Positions 1-9,282 of a stretch of 14,076 nt of DNA are shown here, in pieces; within the stretch, counting starts at the first letter, position 1; every line of letters begins with the position of its first letter. This DNA is from a virus: positions 1 through 14,076 of the IMG/VR virus record IMGVR_UViG_3300045988_167133. The stretch is one strand, 5' to 3'. The notes under the pieces were generated by a model, which was not told the DNA's origin, ran no database searches, and was given only the letters and a program-made list of their open reading frames with translations. The position numbers and the translations under genes were made by a program.

Positions 1-1
1 A

Positions 2-601
2 AAAGGAAAATGGGCAGCTGGCTGGCATACAGGGATTGACTTATACTCAAATAATCAATCAATATATGGAACATGTAATGGAATAGTAAGTGCAACAGGA
101 TTCGATAGAAGTTATGGAAATTATATAGTAGTAAAAAATTCAGAAGCAGAAAATTATCATTGGTACTGTCATTTAAGTGAAATTTATGTAATGACAGGTG
201 AAAGAGTATCAAGAAATACAATAATAGGAAAAATGGGAAATACAGGAAACAGTACTGGTACGCATTTACATTTTGAAATAAGGCAAAAATGTAATTGTTA
301 TGGAAAAACTGAAAATGTAGCAGATTATATGAAAATACCAAACAAAGTTGGAACATATAATACAAAAAATTATCAAATTAAAACAAATATAGCAGAAGAA
401 ATAAAGATCTTAAATCGAAATACGAACTTAAGAGAAAAGGCTGGTTTAGATGGTAAAATAAAAAATTTATATATCAGAAATACAACAGTTATTTTGTTGG
501 AAAAGAATTCAGCAATTAAAGATGGGTTCATATGGGACAAAGTAAAAATAAGAGCAACAGGAGAAGAAGGATACATAATAAATAACAATTACAAATCTTA
601 A
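2..601 (+). CDS. M23 family metallopeptidase (endolysin/morphogenesis peptidase) with C-terminal SH3-like region; 5' end outside window
   Basis: Frame 2 is open from base 2 (KGKWAAGWHTGIDLYSNN...) through the ORF-track start at 191 to TAA at 599-601. M23 motifs HTGID and GNSTGTHLHFE are present, followed by a region resembling bacterial SH3 (ILNRNTNLREKAGLDGKI...KVKIRATGEEGYI). Confidence 0.85.
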   Translation, partial: KGKWAAGWHTGIDLYSNNQSIYGTCNGIVSATGFDRSYGNYIVVKNSEAENYHWYCHLSEIYVMTGERVSRNTIIGKMGNTGNSTGTHLHFEIRQKCNCYGKTENVADYMKIPNKVGTYNTKNYQIKTNIAEEIKILNRNTNLREKAGLDGKIKNLYIRNTTVILLEKNSAIKDGFIWDKVKIRATGEEGYIINNNYKS

Positions 602-621
602 TAAAAGGTAGGAGGAATAAA

Positions 622-1026
622 ATGAAAAAAGAAGTAAATGGAATTGAATTATTACAATTAATATTTAATAATAGAATAAATAAAGGAGAAAATATATATA
701 GTAAAGTATTAGATAGAAACTTTTATTGGAGCGGATCCAGTATAAAAACTGAAAATTATTGTTATTTAAAAGAATATAATGATATTGATTTTATTAATGA
801 TATTTTTATAGTAAACATTGAATTATCAGCAGATGAATTATTTAAGGAATTAGGATATATAAAAACAGTAGAAAATAATAATTTAGTAGAATATGAAGGT
901 GAAACTAGTAATATATATATTAATAAAAAAGATAAAACATATAAAAAAAATTTTGATACATATATAACGATAGAAGAAAATAAAGCAATAAATAAGAAAG
1001 TAGAGGAACTAGGATGGCTAGAGTAA
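622..1026 (+). CDS. hypothetical protein (134 aa)
   Basis: Continuous ORF preceded by an AGGAGG-type RBS (ggtaggaggaataaaatg). No family recognised. Confidence 0.6.
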   Translation: MKKEVNGIELLQLIFNNRINKGENIYSKVLDRNFYWSGSSIKTENYCYLKEYNDIDFINDIFIVNIELSADELFKELGYIKTVENNNLVEYEGETSNIYINKKDKTYKKNFDTYITIEENKAINKKVEELGWLE

Positions 1027-1586
1027 CGAGTAAATACAGTCCGATACATATACAATGTGAAGTCGGGCAACCATATGGAAACATATCAAGCGGTTATACT
1101 TGCGGATTTCATACAGGAATAGATTTTCCGCAAAGTCGGAGTAGGTGAAGCTAATCCAGATTTATATTCATGTAGTGAAGATGGAGAAGTCGTATATGTA
1201 TATACTAAAAGTACAGGAACAACACCTAGTTTGCGGAAATCAAGTACAGATAAGAGATAATAGAACAGGATTATATTATAGATATTGTCACATGCTATAT
1301 GGAAGTATAGTTGTAAAGGTCGGTGATAAAGTAACAACGGCGACAAAAGTAGGAAAAATGGGCAATACAGGAAATAGTACAGGAACACATTTACACTTGG
1401 AAGCAAGCACTACACAAAGTTGGAAATGTGATAGCTTTGTAAATCCTCGGTGAAAGTTTAGGAATTCCAAATGTGAGAGGAACAATTGTTTTATACGATG
1501 ATATACCAGAACCTCCAATCTATATAAAAAAGAAAAAAAAGTTTCCATGGCCAATTTATTTTAGAAAATTCAGAGAAAGATATTGA
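1014..1586 (+). CDS. second M23 family metallopeptidase; requires three +1 shifts at in-phase CGG (C skipped at 1137, 1234, 1448)
   Basis: ATG 1014 (MARVTSKYSPIHIQCEVGQPYGNISSGYTCGFHTGIDFPQ[c]SGVGEA... reading frame) with upstream AGAGGA. Skipping the three Cs gives 189 aa, with HTGIDFPQSGVGEA, TPSLGNQVQIRDN, GNSTGTHLHLE and NPGESLGIPNVRG, ending at TGA 1584-1586. Phase arithmetic: 123, 96, 213 and 135 nt between sites, all multiples of 3. Confidence 0.8.
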
Positions 1587-1606
1587 CAAATATCTTTCTC
1601 TTTTTT
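1573..1606 (+). terminator. rho-independent terminator
   Basis: Perfect 12-bp stem gagaaagatatt / aatatctttctc with loop gaca, followed by TTTTTT. Overlaps the TGA stop of the preceding gene. Confidence 0.85.
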
Positions 1607-1630
1607 ATAATAAATAAAAAGGAGGCTATA

Positions 1631-1997
1631 ATGGATTTAGAAAATTTAATCAATACGTTAAATTTTTCATCAATTATGGCAGATTGCAACACCGCTTATT
1701 TTTTCTTTATGTGATGTACTAACTGGATTTATTCAAGCTATAATTAATAATGAAGTTCAGAGCAAAGTAATGAGAGAAGGACTTTTACATAAATCATTAA
1801 TAATTATAATTGTATTTTTATCATTTGTAGCAAGTTTAACTTTTAATATAAGCTTAATAAGTAAAGTAGTATGTATTTATGTAATAGTGATGGAAACTAT
1901 GTCAATATTAGAAAATTTAGGCAAAGCTGGAATCAAAATAGAAATAATTGATAAGATTCTAAAAAAAGAAGGGAGTGAAACAGATGAAACTAAGTAA
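1631..1997 (+). CDS. phage holin-like membrane protein, with one non-CGG frame break between about 1662 and 1714
   Basis: Strong RBS (aaaaggaggctataatATG) starts MDLENLINTLNFSSIM... The downstream frame (+1) reads ...DVLTGFIQAIINNEVQSKVMREGLLHKSLIIIIVFLSFVASLTFNISL..., a typical D..TG, MR.GL.HK holin pattern. Total length 367 nt, i.e. 1 nt extra. Confidence 0.65.
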
Positions 1998-2268
1998 AGA
2001 TGAATTAATTGCAAAAATTAATGAAAAAGTTATGGACGAAGATGTAAAAATCGAGCTGATGGAAGATATAACAGATAGTGTAGAAACAGAAGGTTCTACA
2101 AATGAAGAAGATAAGCAAAGAATTGAAGAATTAGAAACAAAATATAACGATTTACAAGAAAAATACAAAGAAAGATTTTTGAATTCAAATACTAAAGAAG
2201 ATAAAGAAGATAAAGAAGAAATGATTGACAACGAAGAAGAAAAAACAATTGATATAAAAGAAATTTAG
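1984..2268 (+). CDS. putative head scaffold protein (phi29 gp7-like)
   Basis: Short, acidic, coiled-coil-rich protein (RIEELETKYNDLQEKYKERFL) immediately upstream of the major capsid gene, the syntenic position of phi29 gp7. ORF track starts at GTG 1975; ATG 1984 is spaced better from GGGAG. Confidence 0.5.
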   Translation: MKLSKDELIAKINEKVMDEDVKIELMEDITDSVETEGSTNEEDKQRIEELETKYNDLQEKYKERFLNSNTKEDKEDKEEMIDNEEEKTIDIKEI

Positions 2269-2280
2269 GAGGTAAATAAA

Positions 2281-3744
2281 ATGGCAAAAATAAGGTCTAA
2301 AGCAAATTTAAAAGCAGAAAATTCAGCTGAATTGCTAAGTTATGTTATAAATCAAACACCAGAATTACGTGATAACATAGATTTACCAGTTCAAGGTGAA
2401 TCAATAAATGGAATTGGTAAAATAATAATGAAAAATGTTGCATATAAAAATGCATTTTTAAATACAATAAACCTAATTGGTTTAACAGTAATCACAAGAA
2501 ATCATTGGGAAAATCCATGGAAAAAATTTACAGATAAAGGACAATTATCTTATGGTCAACAAATAAGAGAAGTAATAGTAGATATTGCAAACATATATGA
2601 CTATAATGAAATGTTAAAAAATGAATATGATTTCATAAAAACAGAAGTACCAAACGTGCTTTCATATTTACACGAAATAAATTATCAAAAATATTATAAA
2701 ACAACAACATCAGACGAACAAATGGCAATGGCTTTTGAAACAGGTGATTTATTCAAATTAATAGACCAGATAATTAATAGCTTATATGAAGGATATGAAT
2801 ATGATACATATTTAGTAAATAAATATATGCTAGCTAGAAGAATATTAGACGGAACAGTAACAACAGTTGAAATAAAAGACATAGCAAATAAAACAGATAG
2901 AGATATAGTAGCAGAAATAAAAGAGCAATCAGATAATATGACATTTAGAAGTCCAAATTACAACCCAGCAGGAATCAGAAAAGCAACAGATTTTGAAGAC
3001 CAATTCGCTATTATATCAACAAAATTCAATTCTAAATTTACAACAAATGTGCTAGCTACAAGTTATTTTAAATCAGATGCAGAAATGAAAGCACAAATGG
3101 AATTATGTGATGGATTTGGAAAATTTGATACAGAACGTTTGGCACAAGTATTTGCAAAAAGAGATGAAAATGGTCAAATAATTGAAGGACAATATACAGA
3201 TGGATATGTACCACTAACAGATGAAGAAATGCAAAAATTAAATACAATGCCATGCGTAATAGTAGGTCGTGATTTCTTTCAAGACTATTATTATGGAATG
3301 GATAATGCAGCAGAAGGTTATGGAAACTTAAAAGCAACAGAATTTTTCAACCCACAGACATTGAAAAGAAACCACTTTTTACACACCTGGGGCGCCGTAT
3401 CTAGTTCACCATTTGAGAATGCAGTAGCTTTTGTAACAGAAGCTATAGGTGTAAAATCTGTTAGCGTAAATCCATCAGAAGTTAGAGCAAGTGCAGGACT
3501 TGATGTACAATTACAAGCAGTAGTTGAGACAACAGGATTTGCCAATAAGGCAGTTACATGGGCAATAACACAAGACCCAGAGCAAGATCCAAGTAAGAAA
3601 GCAACAGTTGACAGTATGGGTAAAGTTCATATACCAGCAGGACATACAGCAAGCAAAAGCAGTGATGAATCAACTATAGAAGTCACAGCAACAAGTGTTT
3701 ATGACAATACAAGGACTGGAGTAGCTAGTATAACAGTATTATAA
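2281..3744 (+). CDS. major capsid protein (phi29 gp8-like; C-terminal part resembles a Big/Ig-like domain)
   Basis: 487 aa, RBS aggaggtaaataaaATG. Position between scaffold-like and collar genes. C-terminus (VTWAITQDPEQDPSKKATVDSMGKVHIPAGHTASKSSDESTIEVTATSVYDNTRTGVASITVL) resembles Big_2-type Ig-like domains. Confidence 0.85.
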   Translation: MAKIRSKANLKAENSAELLSYVINQTPELRDNIDLPVQGESINGIGKIIMKNVAYKNAFLNTINLIGLTVITRNHWENPWKKFTDKGQLSYGQQIREVIVDIANIYDYNEMLKNEYDFIKTEVPNVLSYLHEINYQKYYKTTTSDEQMAMAFETGDLFKLIDQIINSLYEGYEYDTYLVNKYMLARRILDGTVTTVEIKDIANKTDRDIVAEIKEQSDNMTFRSPNYNPAGIRKATDFEDQFAIISTKFNSKFTTNVLATSYFKSDAEMKAQMELCDGFGKFDTERLAQVFAKRDENGQIIEGQYTDGYVPLTDEEMQKLNTMPCVIVGRDFFQDYYYGMDNAAEGYGNLKATEFFNPQTLKRNHFLHTWGAVSSSPFENAVAFVTEAIGVKSVSVNPSEVRASAGLDVQLQAVVETTGFANKAVTWAITQDPEQDPSKKATVDSMGKVHIPAGHTASKSSDESTIEVTATSVYDNTRTGVASITVL

Positions 3745-3747
3745 AAT

Positions 3748-3771
3748 AAGCTGGTATTTATACCAGCTTTT
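3748..3771 (+). terminator. possible terminator/attenuator hairpin after the capsid gene
   Basis: Perfect 9-bp stem aagctggta / taccagctt, loop ttta, followed by a short T run (tt then c). Confidence 0.5.
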
Positions 3772-3792
3772 CTATAATAGAAAGGAGAAAAA

Positions 3793-4668
3793 ATGAAAGT
3801 AAAGGAAAGAAATGCTCAGTTATCTAATTATGGAACAGCACAAATGTATCTAAGGCAAATGTTAACATTAGCTGAAAATGTTTTTAACTTTAAAAATGTA
3901 TCAGAATTCATAGACATTAGCTATGTAAATAAAACACTTTTACGTGATGGTTCTATTGCATGGTTTTATGATGACATATTAGATAGTATTTTAGCTTTAC
4001 CTTATGTAAATTTAGGTACACTTGATATTTATGGAAGACCTAGAACAATTGAAGTTTATGCCAGAAATGGTAGCTATAGAAGAAAATTAAAATCAAATGA
4101 ATTTGTTATCATGTATGATAATAACGGCAGGTACCCTCTATTATTAGATATAATTCAATATAGTGAAAGAATGGCATTATACACCAGAACTTCTGATATT
4201 AACATCAAGCAACAACGTACGCCGCGCATTTGGTATACAAATTCTGACAATGTGTTATCATTAAAAAAAGCAATACAACAAATAGATAGCTTTGAAGATA
4301 CTGTTCAATCTTATGAAAATTTTAAAATTGATGAATTAAATGCAGTATTAGCACCAGCACCGTTCGTTTGTGATAAAGTAAATCTTGAAAAAGAGCGAAT
4401 TTGGTCAGAATTCTTGAGATTGATTGGTATATCTAATTTATCATATCAGAAAAAAGAAAGAAATATAACAGATGAAATACAAGCAATGCAGGGCGGAACT
4501 ATAGCAAGTAGATTTTCACGTTATCAACCACGATTAGAAGCTGTTAAGAAAATAAATACAATGTTTAATGATAAATTAGATGAAGAAATAGAAGTTGAAT
4601 ATTATGACGGATTACCAAAATCATTAGAAGAAAATGAAATGGAGGCTGATATAGATGATATTGAATAA
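3793..4668 (+). CDS. upper collar / portal (connector) protein
   Basis: 291 aa, immediately downstream of the capsid gene. Contains RYPLLLDIIQYSERMALYTRTSDINIKQQRTP and an E/DEIQAMQGG..SRFSRYQPRLEAVKKIN region, consistent with phi29-like connector proteins. Confidence 0.8.
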   Translation: MKVKERNAQLSNYGTAQMYLRQMLTLAENVFNFKNVSEFIDISYVNKTLLRDGSIAWFYDDILDSILALPYVNLGTLDIYGRPRTIEVYARNGSYRRKLKSNEFVIMYDNNGRYPLLLDIIQYSERMALYTRTSDINIKQQRTPRIWYTNSDNVLSLKKAIQQIDSFEDTVQSYENFKIDELNAVLAPAPFVCDKVNLEKERIWSEFLRLIGISNLSYQKKERNITDEIQAMQGGTIASRFSRYQPRLEAVKKINTMFNDKLDEEIEVEYYDGLPKSLEENEMEADIDDIE

Positions 4669-5542
4669 TTATTTTTTTCCATATATGTTTCAACCTTTTT
4701 TACCTAATGATATAGATTTACCACCAACATTATATAGCGTAATGGATAGCATAGTAAATTTTGGAAAAGATGAAAAATCAAAAATTAAAAATTTAGCTAA
4801 AGAAGCAAGAAAAACTATATTTAACTTTGAATATCCACTTGATTCTAGTATAGACAAAGAAAAATTTGAATGTATGATATTAAATCATTTTATAATGAGA
4901 CGAATAAACTTTGATACTGTTACATTATTCAGAATACAACTTGATGTAAAATTAAATGAAATAATGCCTCTTTATAATAAAATGTTTGAAGCTACAAACA
5001 ATTGGAATTTATTCGAAGATGGTGAAACAGTTACCAGAGAATTGACTGGCAATAGGACTACTGATGTAAGCAATGAAGAAATAAATCAAGGAACTAATAA
5101 TACTACAAATAGCTCAAAAAACACATCAAAATCAGATACATCAAATACATTAAGCAATACAAGTACTACTGTTTCAAATACAATAGATGACCGACGATAC
5201 TCAAAATTACCAAATAATGATATACAGTCAGTAAAAGATGGTAAATATATTACTGATTATAATTTTGATACACGAAATGGAGATGGAACAGACGAATCTA
5301 GTAGCACAGGAAGCTCAAGTAATACAACTAATGATACATCAGAATTAACAACAAATAATGCTACGACAAATAATACTAACAGTAAAACTAATACAAAAGA
5401 TTCTAATGTTAACAATGAATTAATTAGAAGAACTCAAGCTGACAGATTAAACTTATACAATACATATCAAAATGAAATTAAGTCAATATATACAATGATA
5501 TTTAATGACTTAGACTCTTTATTTTTGCAAATTATAATATAG
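4655..5542 (+). CDS. lower collar protein (phi29 gp11-like)
   Basis: 295 aa downstream of the portal, overlapping it by 14 nt. N-terminus (PTLYSVMDSIVNFGKDEKSKIKNLAKEARKTIFNFEYPL...FETFILNHFIMRRI-like) and 'LFEDGETVTRELTGNRT' fit lower-collar proteins. Confidence 0.75.
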   Translation: MILNNYFFPYMFQPFLPNDIDLPPTLYSVMDSIVNFGKDEKSKIKNLAKEARKTIFNFEYPLDSSIDKEKFECMILNHFIMRRINFDTVTLFRIQLDVKLNEIMPLYNKMFEATNNWNLFEDGETVTRELTGNRTTDVSNEEINQGTNNTTNSSKNTSKSDTSNTLSNTSTTVSNTIDDRRYSKLPNNDIQSVKDGKYITDYNFDTRNGDGTDESSSTGSSSNTTNDTSELTTNNATTNNTNSKTNTKDSNVNNELIRRTQADRLNLYNTYQNEIKSIYTMIFNDLDSLFLQIII

Positions 5543-5550
5543 AAAGGAAA

Positions 5551-7461
5551 ATGAAAATGGATAAAAAAAATTTAAAATATTTAACACCCTTTAAATGCTG
5601 TATAATACAAAATTTTCCATTTATCGAGGAAGATTTTGACGCGATTACAAATTATCAATTATTATGCAAAGTAGTTGAATATTTAAACAACACAATTACA
5701 GCTGTAAATAAAGATACAGAACAAGTAAGCAAATTGACTGACGCATTTAATGATTTAAAAGATTATATAGATAATTATTTTAATAATTTAGATGTGCAAT
5801 CAGAAATAAATAAAAAATTAGATGAAATGGCAGAAGATGGAACATTAGCAAAAATAATTAATGAAGAAATATTTAATGATTTGAATAATAAAGTAGATAA
5901 ATTAAATAATGAAATAATGAAATTTCCTAATTTTTTTGTCGCACCATTTTTTAGTGGTTTCGGAGATACAGACCAACGTCTTTTAAGAATTTATGTATCT
6001 TTAGACGGTGTACATTTTAACGCAACAAATATTACAGCAACCAATTTATATGACGTATATGCTGGTGATTTGAACTTACAATATGATAAATTTGATAAAA
6101 AATTTATAATGGCAATGACAAGTGATGATGAAAATCATGATTGTATTATATTTACATCAAAAAACTTTAAAAATTGGGAAAAACATTATATTGACTTGGG
6201 ATATTTGAAACCACATAATGATTTATCCAGATGGGCTCCAGCGTTGCTTGTAGATGATGATGGAACATTATACATGTCAATATCAGTTGAATATAAAAGA
6301 GAAGATACACATAAATTTTTAAAACAAGTTTTATTCAAATGTACTAATAAAGAAAATTTAACATTTAATAAAATTGGGGATATTATTTTAAAAGATAAAT
6401 CAGCTACATCAAATTATATAGACGGTGCCTGGGCAAAAAGAAATGGTGTATATTATTTTATTGTTAAGCACGAAAACAGTAAGGCAATTGAATTGTATTC
6501 AACAAATACAATAGAACAATTAAACAGTTATGCATTATTAAATGAATCAGTAGGAATGGAAAACGTAAAACTTGAGTCACCAACAATTTGTTTTACTGAT
6601 ACAACATGTAATATATATACAGAAAATTATATATACTATCAGGGAATGAATTTGCAACAATGTAAATTACGTGATTTTCCTACTATTTCAAACAATATGA
6701 TTTTACTTGAAACACTAATAGACAATGATAATAATCAAAAAACAAATGAAAAATATAATGCAAAACATGGTAATGTTTTATTTATAACAGACGAAAACGC
6801 AAAAAAGCAAATATTAAATAATTGTGATATTGCTTTTAATAGTTATAATGCAATACAGAAAAAAAATCGTAATATATACTTAAAAGGTTTTTTAGATACA
6901 GTAGAAAACGCTAATAAAATTGTTATATATCCTGAAATTGGATGGAATATAGCTGATATTGCAAATGTTGATATTGAAATATTAAATCCATATAATCAAA
7001 GATTTGCTCTGTTTTACTGCGGAACCAATAAGGGTAGAATTAATATAACTAAAATTAATAATAAAAGTGCTAGCGTTATACATAATATTTCAGATAGTGA
7101 AACAAACAACTTTTTAATATTTGATATAGAACGTGGTGAGTTTCTTAATAAGCAACACTATTTACAAATATTAGACATTACGACTGGATTATCACCAAGT
7201 GCAAATATAGACATTTTCTTCGGGTATCAGCGAGGTTCATGCGTTACATTACAATTTACTATTAGAATTAGCTCAAAAAATACAGAAGACCAAAAAATTG
7301 CTATATTAAATTCATATAAACCACTTACTAATGTAATATTTAGCGGATTTACAAGACAAGATAAATATTTTTACGGACGTATAACAGAAACAGGTGATAT
7401 CACAATTAATACAAATATAGAAGTTGGTACTTTTGTATGCAGTGCTTCATACGTCATATAA
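5551..7461 (+). CDS. tail appendage / receptor-binding protein with GH43-like five-bladed beta-propeller domain
   Basis: 636 aa. Phage tail-type N-terminus (LKYLTPFKCCIIQNFPFIEEDFDAITNYQLLCKVVEYLN). Central segment (SLDGVHFNATN..., TSKNFKNWEKHYIDLG, DLSRWAPALLVDDDGTLYMSISV, SNYIDGAWAKRNGVYYFIVKHEN) looks like glycosidase propeller blades. Confidence 0.7.
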   Translation: MKMDKKNLKYLTPFKCCIIQNFPFIEEDFDAITNYQLLCKVVEYLNNTITAVNKDTEQVSKLTDAFNDLKDYIDNYFNNLDVQSEINKKLDEMAEDGTLAKIINEEIFNDLNNKVDKLNNEIMKFPNFFVAPFFSGFGDTDQRLLRIYVSLDGVHFNATNITATNLYDVYAGDLNLQYDKFDKKFIMAMTSDDENHDCIIFTSKNFKNWEKHYIDLGYLKPHNDLSRWAPALLVDDDGTLYMSISVEYKREDTHKFLKQVLFKCTNKENLTFNKIGDIILKDKSATSNYIDGAWAKRNGVYYFIVKHENSKAIELYSTNTIEQLNSYALLNESVGMENVKLESPTICFTDTTCNIYTENYIYYQGMNLQQCKLRDFPTISNNMILLETLIDNDNNQKTNEKYNAKHGNVLFITDENAKKQILNNCDIAFNSYNAIQKKNRNIYLKGFLDTVENANKIVIYPEIGWNIADIANVDIEILNPYNQRFALFYCGTNKGRINITKINNKSASVIHNISDSETNNFLIFDIERGEFLNKQHYLQILDITTGLSPSANIDIFFGYQRGSCVTLQFTIRISSKNTEDQKIAILNSYKPLTNVIFSGFTRQDKYFYGRITETGDITINTNIEVGTFVCSASYVI

Positions 7462-7488
7462 AAAGAAGGCTTTTTGCCTTCTTTTTTA
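7460..7488. terminator. bidirectional terminator between convergent operons
   Basis: aaaaagaaggc / gccttcttttt stem with ttttt loop. A tract on the left and T tract on the right. Lies between the + strand tail gene stop (7461) and the - strand tail knob stop (7486). Confidence 0.85.
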
Positions 7489-9086
7489 TATGATTGGATT
7501 ATCTAAGCTAAAATTACCCAAATTTTTATGATTATGCCAAATAGTTACACCACGGCGGCAAGCTCCGTTTATTATTTCCATAAAATTTGATGGTACTGAG
7601 CCATATCCGATATTTTCGCTTTCTCCTATTTCGATATAATTCCAATTTTGTCTAGAATTCAAATTAGGCATTATTGTTTCATTTATAGCATAACCAAATC
7701 TGCTGAAGTAATCATCAATTATTTTCATGTGTTCTGTCTTCGCTCTCATTTTACGAAATAATAATTTTGTTCTGCCACTCGCGAACGAAACATCGCCCGT
7801 ATTTGAACTAGCCCCTACGTTCGGCAGTATACTTGCTGAGTAAAATTGACCTATAAGGTTACCAGCTGTACTTGCAATACTTGTAACTCTTCCAGCCGTG
7901 CTTTGAACTATATTCTCATTTGAACTAGAACCGTCCCGTTATTATTGAACTTGCAAGGTTAGAAATTTGCATCGGCATATTTACTGCTTGTTGTGATAAC
8001 CAGTTTACATAACTATCTGCAGACCATCCGCATGTCGGATATTTTGGAATCGGAACAGACTCGTCATCATTTATATCAATATTTTTATAGTGTAACGGTA
8101 TACATCTACCCGAACCGCCACAGCTGACTGATGTTGCAATTGCAAAATTTGCTTTATCTGTATTAAAATTTTCATATTTAAAAACATTCATATTTCCGTT
8201 GTTATTCGTAACAATCAAATAATTGTACGGGTATACATAACATTTATTATTTTTCGGTTTATAATCTGAAAAGCTTAATTGTTTATCAATTGCTATGTTA
8301 AATACACTAGCATCAAACGAATACGGTACTTCATAATAAATAAATTTTTCACTACTTGCAACATCTTTTACTGATAATGTTTCTCTTTGTATCAATTTAG
8401 ATTCATCAACTGCTGCGTCTGGTATTATGAAAACATCAGATACATCAGCAATATGAGAATCTCCGTTTGTTCTTAGCAAAAATAAACCTAAATTTTTTCC
8501 GCATTGTTCATTTCCGCGAATCAGATATATTTCATTACCAAAAACATTTTTGTTGTATACACTAGCACCTGCGAATTGCTTTTGCTTATATATATTCCAG
8601 CTTGACATAATGCAAATCCAGTATCTTTCTAATGATGCTTCTTCCTGTGACGCTTCTTCTACTACTTCTTCTACTGCTAAATTTTCATTTACTGTATGTA
8701 ATCCGACAGCATCATTTGATACATGTTCTCTTTTAACAAAGCAAGATGTTAAATTCCAATTATCATGCCACGTTGACCATGAGTCTATTGTATAATATAT
8801 TTGTGTCGTTCCGTGGATTTATAAATTCTATTTTATCAATAAAAGCAAAAAACCATTTATTAGAATATGATGGATTCTGAAATGCAATATAGTTTGCTTG
8901 CAAACATGTATCATAACTAAAATTTACTGCTATTTCACCTGTATATTTATTGAAATTATATGTATTACTGCTGGCAACTATATTACTATTACATAATTCT
9001 ACCATTTTTTGCTCATTGTAGTCTAAAACATTAATATAATTTTTATCTAATTTTATATTTTTCGCCAAAATAACTTTACTATCCAT
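7486..9086 (-). CDS. tail knob / distal tail protein (phi29 gp9-like); requires two +1 shifts at in-phase CGG (C = complement of G8813 and G7933)
   Basis: Three ORF-track fragments join into 532 aa when one C is skipped at each site: ...YIAFQNPSYSNKWFFAFIDKIEFINP|GTTQIYYTIDSWSTWHDNWNLTSCFVKREHVSNDAVGLHTVNENL... and ...SSIITG|GSSSNENIVQSTAGRVTSIASTAG... Segments are 273, 879 and 444 nt, all multiples of 3. Confidence 0.85.
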
Positions 9087-9270
9087 TTTTTACACCTCTT
9101 TTCTTAAAGCAATCTGAATGATAATATGATTTTCTTTTAGTTATTTTAGATGTTACTATTTCATAATTTTTGTTCTTTAAATCCTCATAAGAAAAATAAT
9201 TATCACATATACTGCATTTTTTACCTTGAATTTTTTCAATTTCTTTTTTACTTTCTTTAATTATAACCAT
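9079..9270 (-). CDS. small Cys/His (possible zinc-binding) protein
   Basis: 63 aa with KKCSICDNYF...SYYHSDCFKK, a CxxC...HxxC arrangement. Overlaps the tail knob start by 8 nt. Confidence 0.5.
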   Translation of the reverse strand: MVIIKESKKEIEKIQGKKCSICDNYFSYEDLKNKNYEIVTSKITKRKSYYHSDCFKKRGVKNG

Positions 9271-9282
9271 ATATTTACCTCA

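Noticed and set aside
1712-1714. TGA read through as Trp or Gly in the holin
   Set aside because: Straight readthrough gives M-X-CTNWIYSSYN* and a stop soon after. The conserved holin sequence lies in the +1 frame.
373-3545. Antisense ORFs on the minus strand (373-588, 762-1070, 1086-1406, 1288-1554, 1959-2231, 2694-2882, 3068-3337, 3318-3545) and plus-strand ORFs 8550-8795 and 13607-13804
   Set aside because: They overlap well-supported genes on the opposite strand, lack convincing RBS sites and show composition expected of shadow ORFs.
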